Below, one piece after another: positions 1 to 12,796 of a stretch of 64,000 bases of DNA. The DNA is from Azolla caroliniana (taxonomy: Eukaryota > Plantae > Polypodiophyta). Location of the stretch: contig JBHGNT010000002.1 of assembly GCA_043228905.1 (NCBI GenBank), positions 27,590,001 to 27,654,000 of the forward strand, in the 5' to 3' direction. The translations under genes and the position numbers were made by a program. The notes under the pieces are model-generated. The model saw only the letters and a list, made by a program, of their open reading frames with translations, was not told the origin of the DNA and ran no database searches. Position 1 is the stretch's first letter, and each line of letters opens with the position of its first letter.

Positions 1-139
1 CACCACATGAATGTGGGTTTGTATAGAGAATGAGGCCGAAACCTAATCTATAGAACCGAAAAAAATGTTACAAGATAGTCTGCTTCATTAATGCATAGGG
101 TGTCATCATATGTGGCTAATATATTTTCTTACATAGAGA

Positions 140-540
140 GATTTGGTGTACTTGACTCGGAGAGGCTATGTATATATAAAGTTTGTCACATGTGGTAAGT
201 GCCAAAGGTTATTGCATGAGTATGAAGATACAAGGGTTGACATGTTTTTTTCCCAACAATGGTTTATATTATGTCTAAAGCGATTTAAATTATACATGGA
301 TACTTCCAAACATTCTTAACAACTTCACCATGGATTTTTTACCTTTTTCACCTGCTCTTAGGTTGCCACAGACATTCATTAATGAGTGTTCAACTTGGAG
401 AGATTGTGTTAGGTTGTTGCATGTAGTAATTGTTAGTGGGAAGCATTGCCAAATTGTTATGAAGATATATTGATCAAGGTAGGGTATGCATATGTATTTT
501 GATCTAGCTAGTCCTGTCCCACCTCCATTCTTCAAGAACA
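140..540 (-). pseudogene. Highly decayed PIF1/Helitron-like helicase C-terminal fragment
   Basis: The minus strand gives ..ICIPYLDQYIFITIWQCFPL.., followed by frameshifted remnants resembling the FPL..HKSQG.TL and HGQLYVALSRV motifs (caaactttatatatacatagcctctccgagtc). It has many lesions. Confidence 0.3.
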
Positions 541-933
541 TGATTGTATGTGTAGGCTAAGGTGATTGTTATTAATGTGTTAATGGCATGGGGATGAAAG
601 ACATGATTGGGTGTGTCCATTTCTTTGTATGTGTTCAAACATGTTGGACTAATGTGAGTGTAAAGAAGTATGGCAACTTAGTATCTATCTAGTCATGAGC
701 TACCTCTACTATCCAAGAACATGATCGAGAGTGCAAAGGAGGACAATGAACGTAATTGCATGTGGATGAAAAGACATGATTGGTTGTGTCCATTTCTTTG
801 TATATGTTCCAACATGTTGGGCTAATGTGAATGTAAAGAAGTGTTGCAATTTGGCACTTGTATTCTATTTTGCTCGGCTCTAAAGGTCGACGACAAGGCA
901 TGGTTTGATATGATCATCAAGAGCTAGCTCAAG

Positions 934-937
<4 letters not shown>

Positions 938-1007
<70 letters not shown>
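938..1007. repeat. (TA)n(GA)n compound microsatellite
   Basis: Directly visible. It abuts the 3' end of the LINE. Confidence 0.95.
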
Positions 1008-1011
<4 letters not shown>

Positions 1012-2431
1012 ATTATCGTCTTCGGAGGTCAAATATGACCTATGAGACCAAAAATATTACATTTCACGTGATATGTGTGAAAGTGAGTAGTGACTCTCGA
1101 TGTTCAAGAACTTTACCAATGAATGTTGCAATCGAGAGTGCACATTGTGGTTGTGAGAGGAATTCATGCAAAGATTGGGCTCGATCGAAGAGATGTGTAA
1201 AGCATGGTCGAATATGATCAAAGGCAGAGCATTGTATCAAAGTGTGATACTCAAACTCGCGAACTTGTTTAGGGCAAAGTGCACATACCCGACCACTCTC
1301 ATCACTTGTACCCCAACGCCCTGTTTCACATCGCAATGCATGTGAGCTAAGTCGCATGGAAGCAATGGTTCGAATGGAAGATAACGGTATGGGCTCTAAC
1401 ATGTATGGATGTGTACGATTTCCCCGTTCCGCAAAGAATATGGTTTTGTAGTTAGGTGCAACATGTGTAGTATAATGTGTGAAGCGTGAGCCTCCACATT
1501 TGTCCCATGTCATGATACATTGGCATTGCAAAAATGCCTCATTTACAGAGGAATCTAATGATGCATCATGAAGCAAGTGTCTCGCATCCCATCTACCAAA
1601 CCATTTTTCTATATCTTGCATCCAACCGGAACACAAAATTTTGCTTTTATGCGTCTTTTGGATCTTTTTGCTTGCTTCCCACGCAATTCTAGGAAGTCGA
1701 TGTGAGGGACTTTTTTGAACCTTAAGCATGTATTCAACAACCCTTTCCATGGCCATGATCTCAATGGGAAGCGATCCCGTCTCAAGGAGGAGGAGGGTGT
1801 AGGGCGTTTGTTTCTTAACTTGTAGAAACTTGGTAAGAAAATGCTTTTGGACATTTTCAAACTCTTTCCACATAGATTTAGGGATGCTACCGCCCCATAC
1901 TTCCACCCCATAGAGAAGAACCGGTGTCACCAAAGTGTCGAAAAGATATTTCTTGAGGACCCAACACTTAATATCTCCAAGATTGCATGTGTTCTCAAAT
2001 GCATAGTATGCTCGCTTGCCCGCCTGTAAGCGGCGTGTAGCACATTCATTCCATCTATGATTTGAAGGAACTTCAAGGCCAAGATATTTGAAGCTTTCCA
2101 CACATTCAAGTGGCTCATTGTTGTACATAATGCATGGTTTATCTCTTTTTTGGCTCTTCACAAGCATAATCTTTGTTTTAGAGCTATTGACACTTAATTT
2201 AGTATGCATGCAAAAATTTTGCAAAGCCTTCATAAGCTTTTGTGCATCTCCTAAAGTATTTGCAAAAAGCACTACATCATCTGCATATAGCAAAAGCATA
2301 ATCACAACATTCCCAATGGCAACTTCTTCAACACATTCTTCCTTTGCAAACTTGGTAACCATTTCTTCCAATTCATCAATGCATAGACCAAATAGTGTTG
2401 GTGAGAGTGGGCATCCTTGCTTAACACCAAT

Positions 2432-2434
<3 letters not shown>
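1008..2434 (-). mobile_element. 5'-truncated non-LTR retrotransposon (RTE-X/L2-like), RT C-half plus C-terminal Cys/His domain
   Basis: An uninterrupted frame contains GVKQGCPLSP, LLYADD, FKYLG and RLSSHALRCETGRW..C..C..E.H...C. The stop is at 1064 and the short 3' UTR has a hairpin (aggtca-tatt-tgacct). (GA)n lies on both sides. Confidence 0.85.
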
Positions 2435-2465
<31 letters not shown>

Positions 2466-2468
<3 letters not shown>

Positions 2469-2669
2469 AGATGGATGTAGCTCAGTTGGTAAGGTTGCCC
2501 AATGGAGACCAAGTGGTCATGGGTTCAACCCCTATATTCCAGAGTGGCATCTAGTGAAATAGAGATATATATGAAGTATATAATAGAGAGGTGAGGAAAT
2601 TGGGTTTCGAACCCAAGACACGGTGCTTGTAGTGTTATCGACTTACCACTAGGGTAAGGTAATTACGAT
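2466..2669. mobile_element. tRNA-derived SINE-like unit with two convergent A/B-box heads
   Basis: Plus head: TAGCTCAGTTGG (2478) and GGTTCAACCCC (2522). Minus head: TACCCTAGTGG (about 2656) and GGTTCGAAACC (about 2613). It is flanked by (GA)n at 2435-2466 and 2670-2688. Confidence 0.55.
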
Positions 2670-2688
2670 AGAGAGAGAGAGAGAGAGA

Positions 2689-3250
2689 TCAAGATCTTCC
2701 TTTCTGTGCTATGGTTGGTGGGTTACCTTTGGCTATGGCTTTAAAACGAAGACACATTGATAGTGGTACATGTGTCTTTTGTACAATGATTGATGAAGAT
2801 TCTCAACACAAGTTTATATCTTGCCATGTTACTAAAAGTATGTGGATAGTTATATCACAACTCTGGGGGTCATTGATTGGAAATGTTTTGTCACCTTTTC
2901 AATGGGTTTTCATTGAAGGTGATAGAGTTTTACCATCCTTAGAGTATAAGTTTGTGTTTGATTATTTGAGGTACTTGGGCATGTGGTATATTTGGAACCT
3001 GCGGAATGATTTCTTATTTGATGGGCTTTTTGGAGTATCTCAACATATATGTAGGATAAGAGGAAAGTTGATTTGGCAGTTTTCACAATTATGTTGTATG
3101 GGAACTTTGTCCCCAAATGAGTTACATTTGTGTCGTTTTGTATTGCAGTACCTTGGAAGGTTTCCCTAGCCACATCGCTACTTTTGAAATAGTTTTGATA
3201 GCAAGGTTTTTTTGTATTGTCATGATAATTTTAATATAAACATGCATTAC
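2689..3250 (+). mobile_element. L1-like LINE 3' fragment (zf-RVT/C-terminal region)
   Basis: ORF 2711-3169 has C..C....ED..H.F..C....W and W.IWN.RN..F, typical of the end of L1 ORF2. Confidence 0.65.
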
Positions 3251-3941
3251 GAAAAAGAAGAAGAGAGAGAACCATAAACAATGTTTTGGTGAAAGTATTA
3301 AAGTCTCAAGAATTTTACGAGCATGAACTTAACCAATTTTAATTGATTGAGGGGTAGAGTAATTTGGAAACCAATTATCCTCGGAATTGAGGCAATTCTA
3401 CAACATGTGGTGATCTAGGAGCCTATGGAATTAAAGCTATATAAAGGGAAATGTTTACCTCTCTTGTGCACATCTTAGGGATGTTGAAGGTATTTGCACT
3501 CGGTCATGGAGCACAAATAACCATCTACAAATTTGCCTATGGACACATTGACATATGGTTTAAAAGACAAGAGGCGTGGATAAGCCACCCAATTAAATTA
3601 CAATCACGTGAATCAAAGAACAAGCTTTCCCGTATCATGTCATTAGTTCTTTCCCCTATCTTTTTTATGATGATCCGAGGTCAATTGAATGCTTAAAACA
3701 TACAACATTAGAGAATATTAACATAAAGATTAGTGAGTTTGAGCACTTTCTATGGCCTAGATACAACATCTCGACAACACCTTCTACAATATCTATAAAA
3801 AAAGATATTGTCACTATGTATTTGAGTTTGGGGGCACATATCTACGACTCATAGAGGACATGTATACACTTATTCATTGCTCATTATTCGATATTGAAAG
3901 CCACCTATGCTTCTTAACAATAAGAAATCACAACCACACAT

Positions 3942-3982
<41 letters not shown>

Positions 3983-4183
3983 ACACACACAAACAAACAA
4001 ACAAACTTTTATGACCTTCAATGGGTCTTTTTTCATGGGTAACTTAAAAATCTATTTTTTTAGAAGTACTTGAAGAAATAGACAACCCATTAAGGATAAA
4101 AGATGATTACTCTATTTTTATTTTATTTTTTCCAAAAAACAAAAACTCCTTTCATTAATTATAAAATTTTACAAATGAGACGA

Positions 4184-4582
4184 TTATGTACAAATCCCTA
4201 AAGGGACGCGATAGTTCCATCTAATGTGGAAGCTCATTGACTCAAGAAAGGGAGAGGACGACCATTGTTGGATGAAGGCTATGCGTTGTCTTTCAACTCC
4301 CTCGGAGCCGCCTTTAAGGCCATCATATTGGCTCTTCCGAGTGGCTACAATTTCACTCCATATCTCTTGCAGTAACCTTGTTGGATGGGTGGTTTGGTTA
4401 GAGAAGATTCGCCTACATCGTTGTTTCCATAGAATCCAAAGGGTTATTGGGCTGACCAATTCCAACACCTCTTGAGATTTGTCATTAAGAGGAATAGAGT
4501 GGACATTGCCGCTAGAGGAGAAAAGGACCACTTGTGCTTTTATCACCAAAGTCATCCCCTCCTCCTGATGCTCTATTAACAC
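4184..4582 (-). mobile_element. L1-like LINE 3' fragment
   Basis: Contains the motif LWILWKQRCRRIF and is followed by an A/T-rich tail region. Confidence 0.6.
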
Positions 4583-6399
4583 AAAGATATCTTATACTTC
4601 GAAAATGTTAGCTCAAACATGGCTAAAAAATTATGATAATTTCACTTGATAAAATAGATTGAATTACGGATTCGAATAGCTAGAGAGAAGATATGCTAAA
4701 CATATCTTACCTCTAAAAATCTATATAATGTCTCGTGCTTTAAGCATAAGGTGGGAATCCCTTAGTTGTAGGCTAAGGTTTTCATCTGGCATTGCATGCC
4801 CAACATTAGAGGGATGGAGCATTGACAACCCCCCTTCCGAATTGGGGGCTTGAAAGAATTGAGAAGAAACGAAAAATGGAATGTAACTTCTTGATTGATT
4901 AGCATGTTGCTTTCATACATAAGCCATTCACATATCAAAGGATTATCTCCACTTAAATCAACATGGTGACGTCCCTTTGTGCAAATCATAGCCTACAACA
5001 TGTGGCACACTTGTTGGAGTACTCTAGCAGTGCAAATAAACCCAAATGTGCCCTTTATATCTCCTTTAGAGAGATTGCCATGTAAAAATGTACAATTACA
5101 AAGAGTAAAAGGAAGGCTGAATTTTGGTTGTACATTGTTGATGATAAACATCATGTCTTATCATTACATTGATTTTACTTGAACATGTGCCGCACTATAA
5201 CATCATTGTCATCTTCATGTTGCTCTGTGGCAAAACAATTGTGACTTTTCCTTATTGGCATTTCAAACATTTCAAGCGTTGTAGCTCCACTTCTTATTGT
5301 TTTGTTATTAGAGTTTTGATCATGGCATATGGGATCCTTATTCCCTTCGTTGATTTATGATTATTACTACTATTATATTTCGATTTTACGTAGATTCTTT
5401 TCTTTTGAGTTACGATGGTTAAACAACACTCCATTTGTAATGGTAGCATGTAATGAAACTCTTGGCCTCGTATTCCTTCCTTCCTTTATTTTGCTCTTCT
5501 TCATTTCTTCCTCCATAATTCTCCCTATCTCTTTGCACATACTACCTTACATGCATGATTGTGAAAGCATTTTTGATGACATGTTTTAGTTTTGGACATC
5601 ATTGATGGGGATATTCTTGTTCTCCTTTCAATGGGGGTTTGGCTCACGAATCCAAGCTTTTCCCTTCCATCATATAAGGTGTTGTTCAACTACCTTGCTT
5701 ATCGGCATCTTGTGGGTGATGTATGCAAGCACAATTTTCCCTAGAGGAATTATATGTATGTCAGACAATCTTATATCAACATTTCACAATCATTTTAGAT
5801 CATGAATGCTTGCTTTCTTGATGATGAAATGAGATAGGCACAATGTTATTTGCATCAGTAAAGGAGATGATTGGGCATCGAGTAGTTGTATTAACCTTTG
5901 AAAAGATATGAACGAAGAAAAGGTGGAGTGTGTGCTTTCACATATTTTTAAGGATGGAACCAAAATGTGGAATGGGTTATAAATAATCTTATTAAGGCCC
6001 GACAACTCTTCTGTATGCTTACAAGATTGTATAAATATATTGGAGATCTCACATGATACCAGATTCATGGAACCTTAGTCTCATTAAGCTTCTACTAAAA
6101 CTTATGTTTCCATCGTCCTTTAAGCAGTGGAGACTTAGATCCATGATGGATGGAAGTTGTAAGTTTTTTCTCAATGGCACAACAAATCAACTTCCAAAGG
6201 TGTTACCTTCTCTTGTTCACCTTGTCATATGAATTTATTTCAAAGAGAGAGGTCATTCATGATATTTTGAATGTACAAATGGGACATGCTCTCTTGTTTG
6301 GCAGACAAATATAGATCCAATGATGGTAGATGATTCATTCATGTCTCTGAAAGTTCTAGCTGATACTATAGTTAAAGTGATGGAAGTGTGGAATATATT

Positions 6400-6800
6400 T
6401 GTCATTATATCAAGGTTGCATGATTATATGTGAAACTTTGTACTTATGCACATTGTATTGAAAGACTTATTGTTGACCTTGGATGACATGGCATGATTTT
6501 GAAGAAGGTAATGTTTGCCCCGACTTAGGTTACCTTATTGGTGTTGATATGTCACTCCTTGAAATTTTAACTTCAATATTGATTAAAATCCTACATAAAT
6601 TGGTGTATTGGAAGGTCTTTGGCATGGGCATTTGGTACTCGACTCAAAGTGCTACAAGCAATAATGGTTCCCATGGTTCCTTATTTTTTGGCATTGCTAT
6701 CATGGATAAAGAAATCACTTTGATTGATTGGTTCCTCCATTAAAGTATATATGTTATGGAAGAAAGAGTCAAACGTTGCCACATTTCAACTTTGAGACAT
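6400..6800 (+). pseudogene. Decayed L1-like RT fragment
   Basis: LGYLIGVD...KILHKLVYWK resembles the YLG.IG..KL..W end of L1 RT. Confidence 0.4.
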
Positions 6801-8739
6801 GTTTTCTCTATACAATGATTGAGGAGGACAATCTCAAATTTATGAAATGATAAAACACACTAAAAGCCACCTACAAACTAGGAACCACATTCACTCAATA
6901 CATGAAACGACAACACATACAGGGATAAAGATTTACATCAAACCATGTTTTGGGCGTAAATGGTAGAATAATATGTGTGACTAGTGAAAATGGTTTTATC
7001 AATAAAAGATATCAATAGGTGCAATTTTTTTGTACTAAGATAGATACCCATAATGAGTCCCATGCTAAAAATTATTGAACAAACGGCCAAAACATGTCAA
7101 ACATTCATAATGCAACTGTCTTTGGAACATGTGGCTCTAATTTGGTGTCTTGTCAAAACGTGCCTTAGGTTGCACATCCCATGCCTATCTGAAGACATCA
7201 CAATGGCATTGGCACCATGTGGACGAGTCTAGAGGCAAGGAAAAGTGGGCAAGAGCCACAAAAGAAGAGAGGTATAGACTAAAGGGGGTTTATAGTGTGA
7301 GAGGAGCTAAGTAATGTAAAAGACTATACAAGTCACTTTTAATGAGCAAGAATGTAGTTTTTCTTTCTTGTTCTCCCTTTCTTAAAGCATTAACCTTGTC
7401 CATTAACTAAGGCTCAAAACTTAAGCTTGCATCTTAGGCTTTGGAGTGTAACTTCTTGTGCATGCCTGGTTGGTTTCGCCGCACAATTAATTAGTAGTGG
7501 TTGGTTGTATGCATATGATTTCTTGTGTTAAAATGTGTTTCGATTAAGCGATTAATCATGTGTGCTATGTAGTTTAAGTCTTCATGTTAATCATATATTT
7601 TGTTATTGATTATAAGAGTGTAGATTGAGATAAGAGGAGATGGTTAAAATTTTACAAAGTGAACAACTGTATTCCTCATGGATTCACTCGAGATTGATTC
7701 ACACACACACACACACACTCCAGAATGACTAATGAATCTCATACAAGTGAAGCAAAGAAGCAATTTTGGATGGATTGAAAGCCATTGAATAGATGCCATC
7801 CATCAATGAGCTAAGTGCAAGAAATAAGGACCCTTGAAATATCGTCAAGAGTTGGAAATGTAATCACAACACCTTATAGCAGCACATAGGTGCCCAAATC
7901 TTAAAAAAGATAGGAACAAAAAATAACAAGAAATTTTACACGGATTGAGCATCCAACATTATTTTCCATTATGTGGCATATACTTTTTGAAAAGATTTTG
8001 TAACAGTCGACAACATTTGTAGACTCAAAACTCGTCATAGGAAGAGGAAAATATGAGGCAATATTCATGCAAAATATGCATAATTGAGTAACATAAATAT
8101 TTTCAAGTACGGATGATCCGTTTCTAACCTACTCCAACAAATATAAGGAAAGCGACGTTCTAACATTTCATGTGATCCAAGCTGAGTTATGGAATTAGCC
8201 ATTACAAAATCCATCATATTAAACAATGTCAAGACATTGTTCATATTGAAGCATAATTCATTGTGTGGTCCTCCAAATGAAGATTCAATGTTGAAGTCGA
8301 AATCGAACTAATGCGAATGGTCTTCGATGCTACTACGACCGAAATGAGAACATATATATGACAACATAACATGTTTGCAAAAAAAGCGGCATGTAATGTG
8401 CCTGTCTCCTTCTTCTTTTCTCTAGTGTCTGAAAAGGAGATGCGCACCTGCGTAGGATATAGACCATAATTCCATCATGTGGGACGATGGACCTTCGGAC
8501 ATAGGGGCGGGGATTTAAGTAAAAGTGTGAGAAGCTCGGTGTCATATGAATTGTGGAGAGTTTTGAGCGACACATTTAAATGCATGTAATGAGATAGCGA
8601 GATTATTGACCGTAGTGCCTGTTGGATGGAATGGGGTCTCTCGAAGAGAAGCCGCGTGGAAGGGAAAGTTGTCGGATGGGTTGTGCCAAAATGAACACAT
8701 GTCTCTATGAAATGGTGGCAACCCAACAAAAATAAACAC

Positions 8740-9062
8740 ATACACACACACATCTCTATCTATCTATTTATCTACCTATCTACCTATCTACCCCCCCCCC
8801 CCCCCCCCCATCCCCTCTCTCTCTCTATACATACATACATATATATATATGTATATGTATATCTTTGTATCTATCTGTCTATCTATTCTCAAAGAAGTTC
8901 TTTTTTTCCCCCTTTTGTTTTACATTCCCCTCCCCTGCAGTAAAAAGCAAAAAAGCAGAACAAGAAACAGAGCAATTATTTCCGCAAATTCCTAAAAGCG
9001 CAACACACACACACACACACACACACAAAACACAGAACAGAACAGACAGACAGACAGACAAA

Positions 9063-9112
<50 letters not shown>

Positions 9113-9115
9113 TGA

Positions 9116-9149
<34 letters not shown>

Positions 9150-9305
9150 ATGTCACTTCAAATGGCCTGCAAATATCTTCTTCGCTCAGCCCACCCCTGT
9201 CTCTCTCTAGCTTTTTTTTGCACTCTGTCTCTCTCTCATTTCCATTGTGCTTTTGTCTGCCTCTCGCTCTCTATTATTATATCGTGTCTCTGTCTCTCCA
9301 TTACA

Positions 9306-9345
<40 letters not shown>

Positions 9346-9725
9346 CTCTCTCTCCTCTCTCTTCTCTGCAAATAACTTCAAATCTTTTTTGCTCTGTTCT
9401 TCTGCATCTCAATCATCCCTCTCCTCCTCCTCCTCCTCCTCCTCCTTTCCTCCTCCCAAAATGCCTTCCTAGCTATCCAAGGAGCTAATAGATTCCTCAC
9501 TAAATTCTCTTCCAATCCATTCTTCCATGGCCATTCACTCTCCCAACCCTAACTGCTGATCCACTTCCAAAATTCCTCACTCCAATCATCAATGTCTTCA
9601 TAAACACCAACAACAAACAACCAACCACCTCTCCACCATTTTACATACATACTACTAGCTTAAGCTAACCTTCCAATTCCACCATTCATTTAAACCCCCC
9701 CCCCCCCCCCCCCCCCTCTCTCTCA
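8740..9725 (+). promoter_or_regulatory. Microsatellite-rich promoter/5' leader of the ARF gene
   Basis: (CA)n, (CT)n, (CCT)n and poly-C tracts lie immediately upstream of the ATG. TGTCTC motifs occur at 9198, 9226, 9285 and 9291. Confidence 0.5.
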
Positions 9726-9803
9726 CTCAATCCTCGTCTAAGCCACCATCCATCGGGGACCTCGCTCCACCAATTGTATCATCACTCGGGTTCGGGGGCG
9801 ACG

Positions 9804-12760
9804 ATGCCGACACCCTCCCCGGGACCTCCCTTCACACCCTCCTCCTCTTCCGTCCGTGGCCACAAACCCGGACACATCGAATTACCAACGGTTTCGAAGC
9901 CCCCCGCACCCGCACCCGATCCCGATGATCCCGATCCCGATCCCGGCTTAGCTCTCGGGCCGACCGTCGACCCGCGCTTGTGGCATGCATGCGCCGGGCC
10001 TCAAGTCCGGCTCCCTCGGCTCGGCTCTCGTGTCATTTACTTCCCCCAAGGTCACGCCGAGCACGCCTCCGCCTCCTTCGATTTGGTGCTCCCTGGATTC
10101 CTTTGTAGCAATGCCACCATCCCTTGCCGCGTGCTTTCAGTTAAGCATCTCGCCGACCCCGAAACCGATGAGGTCTTCGCTCGAATCCAATTGCAACCGG
10201 AAGACCCTAACTCTAACAACCCTAACAACCATAATCATAACCATAACCCTGACTCTAACCCTAACCCTAACCCTAACCCTAATGCTAGTCCCATCCAAAA
10301 CTCTAGCTCCCCTAACCAAAACGATTATCCTAATCAAAACCCTAACCCTGGCTTCAATTGGGATGACTCCACCTCAGCCTCCGGGACCCCGACCACGACT
10401 ACTACTACTACGATGGTAGCAGGCTCATTCGCCAAGACATTGACGCAAAGCGATGCCAACAATGGCGGAGGCTTCTCGGTTCCGAGGTACTGCGCGGAGA
10501 CGATCTTCCCCAGGCTGGATTACCGGGACGATCCACCAGTGCAGATTGTGCTGGCGAGGGACGTCCACGGGAGGGTCTGGAAATTCCGGCATATCTACCG
10601 GGGCACACCGCGCCGGCACCTCCTCACCACCGGGTGGAGCAGCTTCGTGAATCAGAAGAAGCTCGTGGCGGGCGATGCCGTGGTCTTCCTGAGGGGATCG
10701 TGTGGGAGCGAGCTATGCATCGGCATAAGGCGTTCATCCAGCCCTCGGGGGGGAACCACCCCCACCCCCACCCCATCCTCCTCTTCCATCAATTGGCTCC
10801 GCTCCATGGTCCGGCCTTTTTGCAATGCTGGCCCGATCGAGACCCCTCCTCGCACCGGATTCCACATTGGACCCTCGCCCGGCATTGGATCCACTGTCCG
10901 TGTCGGGAATGGCCACCACGGCCCCGACTTCCTTCACCCACCTAGGCTACACGAAAGCGACCAATTACCCCCCCGCCCCCTCCCTTGGAACAATCGGGCC
11001 CGCCTCGTCTCGCCCAAATCCATCGTCGACTCCATCACCCTCGCCTCGTCCGGGAAGCCGTTCGAGATCGTCTACTACCCCGTCGCTTCGGGCGATGAGT
11101 TCTGCGTGGACATCCGCTCCGTCCAGGCCTCGCTCCGGCAGAGCTGGAGCCCTGGGATGCGCTTCAAGATGGCGGTTGAGACGGAGGATGCGTCTCGCAT
11201 TAGTTGGTTCATGGGCACCGTGGCCAAGGTCCAGGATGCCGACCCTCTCGTTTGGCCCAATTCACCTTGGAAAATTCTCCAGGTACTTTACTTCCATAGG
11301 ACATGGTTTGCTATTTTGCTTCATTTGGACATGACATGGTTTGGTATTTTTGCTTCATTTGGACATGATTATTGGTTTGGTATTTTTGCTTCATTTGGAC
11401 ATGATTATGGTTTGGTATTTTGCTTCATTTTGACATGGTTTGGTATTTTTGCTTCATTTGGACATGGTTCCTGCTTATCCAAATGCAATGCATGAATGGG
11501 GTAGTATAGCAAGCATATCAATGATGTTAGGTCATCTGTATGTATATATGTATGTATGTAGTTGATGCTATAACACCACTATAGGTATTCTCGCTCGCCG
11601 CTTTTCCTGTTCTTCGAGCCCGGCATCCGATTTTCAAGAACAGATTTTCCGATTGGGTTGGAATGCTTTCAAGTGTTTTATAGGATTAATCATGATATGA
11701 TATGTCTTCGAAGGGCTTTAAAAAAAGAAGAAGAAAAGGCCAATTTCCATTTTCTCCATTGCATTATGGATTTCCATGGTTTTAGGGTTGAATGTATACT
11801 ACGCAATGCTCTAAAATGACCATCTCTGTGTTCTAGGGTTTAGGGTTTAGGGTCTAGGATGGTTCATGTTGATGAAAATATCGTTTCTCTAAATCTTTGC
11901 TTTGTTTTGGGTTTTTATAAACCATGTGAAGGTAACATGGGATGAGCCAGATCTACTCCAAGGCATGAGCAGGGTGAGCCCATGGCAAGTGGAGCTGGTG
12001 CCCCCCATACAGTTACCCCCGTTTTCATTTCCGAAGAAGAAAGTCCGGCTGTCGCGCCCATCGGAGACATTGGATGGGAACAGCGGAGGCGGCAGTGCGG
12101 CCGATGATGATATGCCATGGCATATGATGAACTCTTTGTATGGATATGTAGACACAGTTGTTCCTCCTGCACGCATGCAGGGAGCCAGGCATGAAGTACC
12201 AGATTATAGGGTTCCCCTACAATCCCCTAAATTCCAATCCTCCACTGGACATGGTTTCTTCCTCAACAATTTCTACCGACCACCACCACCAACACCACCA
12301 TCTCAGGCATCGGTCTCGGTCTCGGGATCGGGATCGACCGATCTGTTCAAGCACCAGTTTGCGGTCTGCCCATCGGCCATTCCCACCACCCATTATACTA
12401 AGACCGAATGCTGCGGACATTCATCGGCCATTGCTCTCCCCAAGCATCATCAAACTCATACTCATCAATGTGTGTGCCGAGATCCGTCGTCTTCGGCCAG
12501 TGTCCCTAAGCACTATAGTGGTTTCGGATCCTTAGATGACAATGCCCTCCACGGCCGAAGCCCGCCCATTAGCGTCGTTAATCCGCCCATTAGCATCGCT
12601 AACAAGAAAACCACGACTTCGTTCTTACTCTTTGGTACCACCATCGACACCTTGCCCCCCCCTCCATCCACCCCCGATTGCATCCCTCAACCCGAGAACT
12701 CGTCCGATAGTGTGAAACACGAGTCCACCATATCCGACAGCAACAAGTCCGAAGTCTACG

Positions 12761-12796
<36 letters not shown>

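Noticed and set aside
2473-2540. Functional tRNA genes here and at 41345 and 44887
   Set aside because: A and B boxes are present, but there is no convincing D-arm, anticodon arm or 7-bp acceptor stem.
4600-8500. Short ORFs in AT-rich intergenic DNA
   Set aside because: Apart from one L1 trace there are no supportable motifs. These are probably ancient TE debris I cannot classify.
8865-9488. 207-aa ORF as a protein-coding gene
   Set aside because: It is a translation of (CA)n/(CT)n microsatellites, starts at TTG, and has no domain.
9774-11495. ORF-track boundaries for the ARF
   Set aside because: The TTG start and the FGIFASFGHD tail come from the 5' leader and the intron 1 minisatellite. 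The splice model gives 9804-11282.
11834-11857. Interstitial telomere
   Set aside because: Only about 3 units, so at most telobox-scale.
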